Source: a virus
DNA: 64,000 nucleotides
Reading direction: 5' to 3' (one strand)
Virus record (IMG/VR): IMGVR_UViG_3300032294_003343
Span: 32,001 to 96,000 of that record
Positions 54,001 to 59,997 of this stretch are shown here, piece after piece; position 1 is the stretch's first letter; each line of letters begins with the position of its first letter. The translations under genes and the position numbers were made by a program. The notes beneath the pieces were generated by a model. The model had not been told where the DNA came from and did no database searches. It was given only the letters and a program-made list of their open reading frames with translations.

Positions 54001-55447
54001 TATCTAAAGTCAACTCTCTACTGGTTTCATTAATATCATAACAACCAGTAGCTGATCTAACAAACTTTATGGGGAAATCATAGTTTTTTGGTGGACTTTC
54101 TAAATCATCTAATGGCTCTTTCGATTTTATTGTGTCAACTAAGCCAAAAATCCATTTTTGTTGATTGTTGAAATCTAAGACTTTTAAAGTTTCTAGTAAA
54201 CCATCAGACTCTCTGACTTCTATTTCACCATGATAATTTCTAAATGTTTGTTCAATAAGACCAACGTTTCCAGAATTAGTGTTTATTGTTGCATATGTTG
54301 GTAAAGGTATTGTGCGATCTATATTTCTAAATTTTTTTCTATTTTTACCATCTGAATTAAATCCAACAACATATGCAGTCAATGGGTCCGTATGCGCATT
54401 CTTCCAATCTAATATTTTAGATTCAAATGAAACTTTTCTAGGAGAATCAGATTTAAGTCTGATTCTTGCTGTGCATTTAGGCAAGTCTATGAGCGTGGCA
54501 TTGGGGAAAGGTAGCAAATTATAATTTTGTGAATCTGCTTGAGAATGATCTTTTTTTACAAAATCTTGATCACCAGCTTCAACAGGGATATTGCTTGAAA
54601 TGCTTACATAACCTGAATTTGAGCTTGTTGTTGTCCAAGCATTTATAAATTTTTCATTTTCAACTTCTAAATCTAATAATTCAGGATTAGGAATAACAAA
54701 TGTCTTAGCAAATGATGTCACTTGACCTTTTGGGTTAGTAAATTTTATTTTCAAACCAACATATGCTTTAGATTCAGGATTGATAGTTTCATACCAATTT
54801 AAACTTGTATATTTTGGCCATTGTCTTACTGTATCTTTAGTAAGTTCTTTATTTCTCCAGAATTCATCTTCATTGTCAGGGCACACAGGTGAACCAATAA
54901 AATAATTTTCAGATGGATAATACTCGTCAATATCAACAAATTCATTAGTTTCTAAGCCAACAAAAAATTCACCTTCAATAGATCCAGACATTATTTTATT
55001 TCCCATAGTTGTTGGGTTATATGTCTCAGTGTAAAGTATTACTGTCTCAGAATAATCTTTATCCAGTCCGCCGTTTACTTCGATTCCACCAAATGACTGA
55101 ATAAAAAACGTTATTGGAATTTTTGCTAGGTTTCTTTGCCCATCTACAAAATTACCAAATCCAAAATTACCACCTCTTTGTTCTTGAAAAATTGGGTCGT
55201 ATCCATCCCAAGGATGACTTTTTGGACTTGCACTTCCTCCACGGGTAGTCTCTGGTAGCTCTCCAATATACATTGCACAAGTGACACCCTTGAAAAAGAA
55301 AGACGGATATGCACCTGCAGAAACTACCTGGAAAATGTTATTAAAACCACCAATTAAATCATCTGTTATCAGATTTATCTGATAATCAAACTTAAATTTA
55401 CCAGTATATTGAGCACTGCTTGCTCTATCTATTTTGTAGGTGGCCAT
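45029..55447 (-). CDS. Giant 3472-aa protein: unknown N-terminal half, 14 tandem PKD/Ig-like domains, C-terminal RCC1-like propeller
   Basis: Repeated P.A.F...F.D.S.D.DG.I..W.WDFGDG...P.H.Y..PG.Y.V.LTVTD..G; RCC1 motifs SGLYHT...GSNSNGQLG, NDFGQLG, AAGGNHS. Confidence 0.9.
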   Translation of the reverse strand: MATYKIDRASSAQYTGKFKFDYQINLITDDLIGGFNNIFQVVSAGAYPSFFFKGVTCAMYIGELPETTRGGSASPKSHPWDGYDPIFQEQRGGNFGFGNFVDGQRNLAKIPITFFIQSFGGIEVNGGLDKDYSETVILYTETYNPTTMGNKIMSGSIEGEFFVGLETNEFVDIDEYYPSENYFIGSPVCPDNEDEFWRNKELTKDTVRQWPKYTSLNWYETINPESKAYVGLKIKFTNPKGQVTSFAKTFVIPNPELLDLEVENEKFINAWTTTSSNSGYVSISSNIPVEAGDQDFVKKDHSQADSQNYNLLPFPNATLIDLPKCTARIRLKSDSPRKVSFESKILDWKNAHTDPLTAYVVGFNSDGKNRKKFRNIDRTIPLPTYATINTNSGNVGLIEQTFRNYHGEIEVRESDGLLETLKVLDFNNQQKWIFGLVDTIKSKEPLDDLESPPKNYDFPIKFVRSATGCYDINETSRELTLDKYDFPGSVPIPLRGWKFNSMSLSQDKEFIIEGTGNVRFYNGSESEPHYYGDQNLSGYRYLEIELKSSGQLQSGNLLITETSKGPTLQSNSKNESVKSYKISTDSSSFKTLRIDLCNPDNKIDDVDNQDSPYPRLNTFTTSKPQSTSPIGYLSTENLPKDNFLITKPNRNTESLVWITDDIKQKIKNSGIVYLTDTKENIVDYFEVNTSAFPKTGIGTNVIFGKPRINNGKIKLAKPWNGGNLDTSRKELFIYIVKNDITSGKSIDELLNRGTDGKYPDEFEVYDFDPGLPDKSEVVSRTTFDFVDGSGIIYINPIPSYESSQVIPYDGIEVEDKVKNLVKSYKIIDYVNDVANTGKAYFTIQIPSDYNINNKFAAGSSIRLKFLDNFSDDKFASIIVKIDRVEKYQNFYRANIEYSKLDKNSPPDYEGIPRLVNNKDFILSANAPVITVKPVRLVEKTFPADTVLNTNLIFITPSGPEVNAIDDAPEDEASNGPYYGISRISKIEIDNDQLQLGKVKLVRNNSLSNFVTSGNNNTFVEKTKFQVSSDFETTYYTRRFWQQNTDARDEEEGDITWQNTVTPNLNTWTLSPKSISELCDDISKVDPYVNPRWLDPNNSEAKIIRHPGWKAKKVEKSYPVDPITGNRIYGIKLDPEYLNSDTGYSTWVYGNGLLAIPSGKNSGSGTSYINAINISFNDLQTILAQTIFHRINGDFPPGKPDLFGNSSLRNEDGTIQESTLHIRGGFIARGPGYGLILPPQISTPDNLRKANLLEASTRSNKGSSESDAKGYFETGSVYGKNKIDHYIELEKSKNFTTPSQFRSSTRNMSQAKRERAAYKGGKQNVATNLSACESGFEKSIIIAYTVPTTKPGEENQTAIISTDSFFNQQYEKYPVGYNTITGLGVTVKGEFPFVISSDKHINQRSRINTFLLTERNSNVNATSSHDYDSLIAANTDMRNKLSWFPYIDGQAKTDANFSTLAKAFKGTKYNSYVISDEAPQLFNVGYADPGAIVFRSISLNTTNIKEPVTDKTIFVDGIAPTYISDFRLIEPITSSGIAYSSFPTVVQISSRDYIVAYSLNASPRKINFKLISNYQAQERNTLFDLDAIAGNTLDEKYNIYGLTSDYDEKLGLHRSVFWCNGGIYYFEYGLSSSSLGKKRTDKLHLIKGKLDESLVSELINRQNIITYFETDSELNAEVPRQKPALITCKKQEYDGKVFVAYDTGKCFLEAVLFHPYSKILGIRKFDIECVNNSGSTVESLAPVANIQANPTSGQSALIVNFLSTNSYDPGGSTLTYAWNFGDNTQSTEENPAHTFVNNTTNAIEYKVTLIVTNASGVSSAPASIIITVNPAPVNNLSPQAKFSATPTSGDVTLTVTFTDQSNPANDGSFIQIYEWDFGDGNTAIKFDNTPFTYDYTRAGSFTPTLFVKDNLARLSSKYFGPTINVNGVVNNPPSPNFKWAQTSFSPTLKVQFTDTSSDDEGPLVAWNWNFGDNQTADVQNPEHIYANPGKYRVVLTVTDSGGLQVSGTIEITVLPPGNNPPIANFIYSQQNRKLVIDFVDTSTDADGTIASWNWDFDDGFTDNVQNPSHTYFSAGRYLVSLTVTDNGGKSTSITKEVIVNPLVNQAPVISNITGNQTSFKPLVVKFTETSSDPDGFITQWNWNFGDGKTFSTTDPTLKNPTNTYLFPGEYTVVLTVTDDGLPDGTNKKTATSSIKFTVVPPPVNQPPQALFVINSNNILAPATILFTDVSTDADGKIVSWFWEFETGSTLFLNAQTYQKNVSHTFTKSGTYPVKLTVTDDGNLTNTYVLDIIVKNNPPVAIITASPNPVLSKTQVNFFGNNSNDSDGNITKYAWNFGDGTIISQGRITEPHIYAKPGTYNASLTVTDNIGDTSTDNLLITVTNRNPVSRITYTSLSVKAPGSLTFNGDTSTDEDGIIVSYSWSIAGTIVASTPNATINFATEGSYTVSLTVTDDFGASNTASVSVNVTAPDNILPIAILNVDKNSGVINDTFVFDVSNSRDPDGSIILYRLDFGDGTSTQFVNPAPISHIYKTVGVFIAKLTATDNRSGVSLETVDSTKTIQINNQPPVANFSYSPIGAFTFDPITFIDNSSDPENSLVRWSWDFGDGTNFTTTDPLQKNPTKSYNDGNRNYTVTLTVFDNFGLSNTASKIVFINNRKPFAVISTSSTPVNNVIFGTAPFTVTFDSNSYDLDGTVVNYEWYINGLLGTPFRTKSFTYTFSTPRFIPYSVTLKVQDDDGAFSDLANIGVKVNAPNEPPVANIAANPSSNTSFAPVTVTFSAAGSYDPDNIGGPLIYAWDFGNGKISDQVIAATTYNNPGTYKVSLKVTDNLAATNTATLDYIVKNNKPIALLDTLPPGIVSIKINTPIVFTSFGSYDSDSNQFINGYKWLKDGVNQNSNTPTFETSFDSVGNHTITLSVFDNLGLESDPVNKTVFVFEDPVPPPPNQNPIAILGNEPTVTGYIELKVGDTFTFDGTNSYDPEDGSSITFEWSIDGVKSGYNSTFANQFNTVGIFTVSLVVFDTQKFASSPATNLGNRYTVDVNVSAIPNPLANKLFSSGQALYGAIASGSNSPNRYGFELVDDKKQYTIIESGLYHTFVVDADGKLYASGSNSNGQLGFPSNITQQNSLTLVPLASKFKVLKVSAGDFCSAIIAEDTTIGKRVLLVCGSNINGIFGQSLPRTNIYSFQPILERANNFSGASYTSNNGLLDVSCNSYILAFTDNKQVWVAGSHRYTPKTGIIDTGFFPINIDPNPDLLPGNTNYLNPFKLEVGFNNESGFVTGLSYDIDNQIVWFTGLSSLRGWGYAYDISTYENRLVVITASQNPFFDHAIYLYNFSASEVPQFDFSSGIVSDVFPGLDPPQNFLKVSTGKFGYLAVSEKLFFPYGLNDFGQLGYVQSIPSSTFLNIRDGIPSGLVLPNMSVQGISDIAAGGNHSIILASNVTPSSYSFTITRPGGYATDPQYPTAYPITAIDQ
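46320..50232 (-). repeat. Array of 14 PKD-like domains
   Basis: Counted by the W(N/D)FGD(G/N), WEFETG, WSI.G, WYING and WLKDG cores, each preceded by a P.A motif. Confidence 0.85.
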
Positions 55448-55448
55448 T

Positions 55449-58400
55449 TTAACTTCTTAGGAATCTTTCTAACATAGTTTGTACAGTCTGCTGGGTTTCC
55501 TTACGCAGCTCTTTAATTCGCTCTTCTGTCTTCATTTCTATGTTGTAAATTTCTTGAATTATTTCTTTTTTGATAGTGTGGAATTCATTTTTAGTGATTA
55601 CATTGGACACTAAATTATTTGTTACATTTTCAATTTTCTTGACAAGCAACTCTTCTACTTTGTTTTCAACTATCTTCTCTGTCTTTTTCTGCTCTTCTTT
55701 TTCTTGATGATAATTATTTGTGGTAAAAGTTTGACGATTATCTACCTTGTAATAATTATCTTTCTTCTCTTTATAAACATCAATTTTAATCTGAGATGTA
55801 CTATTTACAATACGATTTTGAACTTGCTCAATCTTTTGAATTTTCTGTGTAACTTTTCTTTCATTGGTAGTTTTTTGAACATTCAAAACATCTAATAATT
55901 GAAAGAAATTATTGACTTTTCTATCTTTACTTGTCTTTGTTACTTTTTGCTCATTATAAAAATTCATCATATCAAAGAAGTTTTGTTCAACTTTATATGA
56001 ATTACCCTGGACTTTGATAGTTTCTTTATTCATCCTATCTAATCGCTTAGATATACGGGCAAATTCTCTTTCAGTTCGCTTTTCTTGCTTGATTTGTTGT
56101 GTTATGTTTAGTTCAGTAAATAAATTAGAAATATTTTTTTTATTACTCTCAAAACTATAACGATTCAAGATAGTTGTGTTTTTCTCTGTCTCAAGCAAGT
56201 TTAGATTTTGAATAAATTCTTGCAATTGAACTTTTTGTGTTTTATTAGTAATTTGAACATTAGAATTATTAATTTCATTATTTACAATGTTGATATCTTG
56301 TAAAGTTTCTCTAATCTTTTGTCTTTGAGAAATATTACTAATTTTACTTTCAAATCTATTGAAAGATTGGATGTAATTCTTGCTCAAATTTATGGCAGTA
56401 ATGAAGTCTTTCTGATCAATCTTACTGGTGCGATTTACAATATTATTTTCTTGAATAATATTGCTCACATAATTCAAGTTCTTTACTATTTGGTCAACAT
56501 TTCTAACCTGTGCGATCTTGCTTATTTGCTGAACACTTGTTTTAAATTCTTGATAGTTCTGGGATATCAAATTCAAATCTTTAGTAATTTGATTGATATT
56601 ATTAGTGTTAGAAATCTTAGAAATATTCTGAGCAGTTTCTTGTGTGACATTTACAGTGTCCAAAATTTCAACATTTTTAACAAGATTGGAAATTCTATTG
56701 TAGATCTTTCTTTCTTGCACAGTCTTTGTTAAATTTACAATGTTAAGTAAATCTTTACTTTCAATATTAGAAATCTTTTGAACAACTTCTGTAATTTGAT
56801 TCACACTTGACAGTTTTATGTTGGATATATCATTGGTTTTTGTGAGATTTATTATTTTATTTAATTGATTGATATTTTCTAGTTGGCTAATCTGTTTGAC
56901 AATATTTACTTGTTCTTGAGTTATGTTATTTATCTTGTTTATTTGGCTTAATTTTTCAATATTTTCAGATACAAGATTCAATTGGGAAACTTTTAAGTTT
57001 TCAACATTTGATACATCTACAGTCTTAGAAACATTGATAAGATTTTTCAAATTTTGTATTTCTGTCTTAAACTCTGAACTATTCAAATTACTTATTTCAT
57101 CTATGTTTTCTGTAATTTGATTGATATTGTTATATCTTGCCAGTCTTGTAATTTTTCTGACAATATTTTCAGATTTCTTGATGTCTTGTGTTACATTGAT
57201 ATTCTTCAATAAATTAATTTTTTCTGTAATATTTTCTGTGTTAAAGTTTGAAAGTTTCTCCACAATAAACTCAACATTAGATTTATTAATTATTTCATTT
57301 AAATTTTCAACATTTTTTTGGTCCACACGAACTGAAGATAACTTTGGATTTATTGAAATCGTATTTAAATTTTCAATGACATTTGAAATATTTTTATAAC
57401 TTTGCGCTATTCTAGTGAAAGATTTTGATTCTGATAAATTGACAAAAGATTTAAATTCTTCTACATTTATAGAAGATAATTTGTTGACAATTTGATTTTC
57501 AGTATTGTTATAATCAACAACATTTTTAGAAAGATTGACTAAGTTTTTGATGTTCTCAATTGTAGAGTTTGAAACTTTAGTAATTTCTATATTATTATTT
57601 TTAGAATAGTTAATAATATCAACTAAATTCTTAATATTAGAGGTGTTGATATTACTTTGTCTCAATACTGTGTAAATACTATTTAGTTGTTCTTCATTAG
57701 TAACCAAAGACAACAAAGCTCTTACTGTTTGATTATTAGATATATTGCTTATTTTATTGACAATTATGTTAGAATATTCATCAATGTAATCAGTATTATT
57801 TAGAACATTTTTGATCTCTTTTGCTACAAAATTGCTGGTCTTTTCTTGAATATGAACCATTCTGTGGTGAACAAAAGAAATGTTTTGCTGTGCTACATTT
57901 AAGTCATTCTTGATTTTTGTAATCTTATTTTCAACATATTGATTACTATTTTTTATTGTTTTCAAAACCGCATATTGAAATTCATAATCATTGGCAGTGT
58001 ATTCATAGTTAACATTTTTTGTTAAGTTTAAAATATTTTTGTAATGATTATTTTTATGAGTAACACTATGCCTATGAATATTCTGATAAGTATTTTTTAA
58101 ATTGACTTCAGTTTGCTTGATTTGCTGAACTGTGTCATTAAAGAAGTTTAAGTTCTGAATAAATTCTCTGTATCTATTTTCAATATGTCTATAGAAATTA
58201 TAAGAAGTAGACAGGTTTTTTAGATTTGTCTCATAAACAGTTTTTTCAGAATGATTAAGTATTCTATTAAAATCAATACTCAAATTCTTACTATGCTGGT
58301 TGACTATCTTGAAGAATTGATTTTCAATATTAGGCGCAATATTTAAGTCTTTTAAGAAAGCCTTATATAAATTTTCAAAATCAATTTTAGTAGCTTCAGA

Positions 58401-59333
58401 AAATTTATTTAAATTGGTAACTTGCTGGTTTACTGTTCTATTGGTGTTGTTTATAAAATTTAAGTCAGTATTGTTAGTATTACTGATGTTGTTTACTGTT
58501 CTAGAGGATCTAAGCTGTAAATCTAGTCTGTTATTATTTAATAAATTTATTTCATTGATATTAGTGATAGAATTATTATTTATAGCTCTTGTGTTAGTAG
58601 TATTTTTCGACAAAGATACATCTTGCAAATAAGCGTTTATTTCATCTTTCTTTGAATTACCAGACCTTACTTCAAATTTTTTTTTTACTCTTACTTCACT
58701 AGGATTTAAACCTAGTTTCTTAATTGCATCATTTACTAGAGCTTCATTTTCACTTATAATATCTGCATTTTCTGAATCTTCAAAAAATTGATTAAATCCG
58801 CCAGATACAACACCTGATGAAAGCATTTCCATAAATCTTGGATATAGTTGAAAAAATCCATTAGCTACACTTTCATCTACTGATTCGAATTGTTCAATGT
58901 CAAGTTTTTTTATGGAATCATCAGATTTTAGTGACTTTAAATTTTGCAAAGCCATCATAAACTCTATCTGATCGGAGTTCAAACCCAAAGAGCTATAGTC
59001 AACTACTTTTTGTTTAAACTCCTTGATTTTTGTCGGATAAATAATATCTGGATCTGTATTGACTTTATTAAGTTCTAAATTTTCAGAATAATTGGAATGA
59101 AAAGGATTAATTCTAAAGAGTTTTCTTGGTAAAATTTTTGCAGAAACATCTGGAATGTTATAATCGTCTGGATCTTCAGTTGTACCAGCAGTATGAAGCT
59201 CTTTCTTAATGTTATAAGAAATAGCCTTAGTAGATGGTATGTATTGAAAATAACAATTTAATTCTGCAGACGTGACAAATGCGTCTGACTGAATTGAAAT
59301 TTTATCATATTCGATAAAATCAATATCTGACAT
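55449..59333 (-). CDS. Asn/Ile/Lys/Gln-rich low-complexity protein (1294 aa), function unknown
   Basis: Uninterrupted ORF in an extremely AT-rich tract; quasi-repeats (I/V)NL(S/T)K and KISNI. Confidence 0.8.
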   Translation of the reverse strand: MSDIDFIEYDKISIQSDAFVTSAELNCYFQYIPSTKAISYNIKKELHTAGTTEDPDDYNIPDVSAKILPRKLFRINPFHSNYSENLELNKVNTDPDIIYPTKIKEFKQKVVDYSSLGLNSDQIEFMMALQNLKSLKSDDSIKKLDIEQFESVDESVANGFFQLYPRFMEMLSSGVVSGGFNQFFEDSENADIISENEALVNDAIKKLGLNPSEVRVKKKFEVRSGNSKKDEINAYLQDVSLSKNTTNTRAINNNSITNINEINLLNNNRLDLQLRSSRTVNNISNTNNTDLNFINNTNRTVNQQVTNLNKFSEATKIDFENLYKAFLKDLNIAPNIENQFFKIVNQHSKNLSIDFNRILNHSEKTVYETNLKNLSTSYNFYRHIENRYREFIQNLNFFNDTVQQIKQTEVNLKNTYQNIHRHSVTHKNNHYKNILNLTKNVNYEYTANDYEFQYAVLKTIKNSNQYVENKITKIKNDLNVAQQNISFVHHRMVHIQEKTSNFVAKEIKNVLNNTDYIDEYSNIIVNKISNISNNQTVRALLSLVTNEEQLNSIYTVLRQSNINTSNIKNLVDIINYSKNNNIEITKVSNSTIENIKNLVNLSKNVVDYNNTENQIVNKLSSINVEEFKSFVNLSESKSFTRIAQSYKNISNVIENLNTISINPKLSSVRVDQKNVENLNEIINKSNVEFIVEKLSNFNTENITEKINLLKNINVTQDIKKSENIVRKITRLARYNNINQITENIDEISNLNSSEFKTEIQNLKNLINVSKTVDVSNVENLKVSQLNLVSENIEKLSQINKINNITQEQVNIVKQISQLENINQLNKIINLTKTNDISNIKLSSVNQITEVVQKISNIESKDLLNIVNLTKTVQERKIYNRISNLVKNVEILDTVNVTQETAQNISKISNTNNINQITKDLNLISQNYQEFKTSVQQISKIAQVRNVDQIVKNLNYVSNIIQENNIVNRTSKIDQKDFITAINLSKNYIQSFNRFESKISNISQRQKIRETLQDINIVNNEINNSNVQITNKTQKVQLQEFIQNLNLLETEKNTTILNRYSFESNKKNISNLFTELNITQQIKQEKRTEREFARISKRLDRMNKETIKVQGNSYKVEQNFFDMMNFYNEQKVTKTSKDRKVNNFFQLLDVLNVQKTTNERKVTQKIQKIEQVQNRIVNSTSQIKIDVYKEKKDNYYKVDNRQTFTTNNYHQEKEEQKKTEKIVENKVEELLVKKIENVTNNLVSNVITKNEFHTIKKEIIQEIYNIEMKTEERIKELRKETQQTVQTMLERFLRS

Positions 59334-59339
59334 AAATTA

Positions 59340-59345
59340 ATTGTA
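59340..59345 (-). promoter_or_regulatory. -10 box TACAAT 6 nt before the ATG at 59333
   Basis: Minus strand ttTACAATtaatttATG; no SD. Confidence 0.45.
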
Positions 59346-59352
59346 AAGGAGA

Positions 59353-59997
59353 TTATTTCTTTTTGAACTTTGATTTAGATTTACCAACTTGTGCTTCTGT
59401 TGATAATTCGTCTCTGTGCTTTTCTGGATGAGTCATTAACTTACCATAATTAGGACTGCCAGGTGTGTCATCATAAAGTTCATTGAAATATTCTTCCACT
59501 GGCTCAAGAATTTCTTCTTTTGATGGTTTTTCTGCAATTTTGATAAACTTAGCGTTAGTGTGTGAAATGTTCAAGTCTCCCTCTTCTCCAGACAATAAAG
59601 CGACTACATAATCGTCTATTCTAGCTAAATCTTCTTCAAGATTTTGAATTTGCTTTGCTAGAGCAGCTTGATCTCTTTTTAATTCTTCACGAGATTCTCG
59701 AGTAGAAACATCAACGTTTTTTCCACCTATATTTTGAAACAATGATGTGTCGTACACTTGTCTTATGTTTTTCTTTTCGATCAAGTCTTCTTTTTGTTGT
59801 TTAAGTAATTGCAAAAACTTATCTAACTTATAATCTTTATTATCAAACTTAACGTTGATAGCTATTCTTTTGTAAGGTTCAAAATCTTTTTCAATTTTTT
59901 GAATTTCTGCTGTGATTTTTTCTATATTTTTGTCAAAATCAGGCTTAGATAATGCAGTAGTATAAGTTTCTATTTGCGCTTGTACTATCTTAAACAT
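59353..59997 (-). CDS. Coiled-coil hypothetical protein (214 aa), possible internal virion protein
   Basis: TAATG coupling; KIVQAQ and KFIKIAE motifs. Confidence 0.75.
   Translation of the reverse strand: MFKIVQAQIETYTTALSKPDFDKNIEKITAEIQKIEKDFEPYKRIAINVKFDNKDYKLDKFLQLLKQQKEDLIEKKNIRQVYDTSLFQNIGGKNVDVSTRESREELKRDQAALAKQIQNLEEDLARIDDYVVALLSGEEGDLNISHTNAKFIKIAEKPSKEEILEPVEEYFNELYDDTPGSPNYGKLMTHPEKHRDELSTEAQVGKSKSKFKKK

Noticed and set aside
55704-58632. Several + strand ORFs rich in Phe/Ile/Leu that look like membrane proteins
   Set aside because: Antisense shadows of the Asn/Lys/Glu-rich gene; no SD or other independent support
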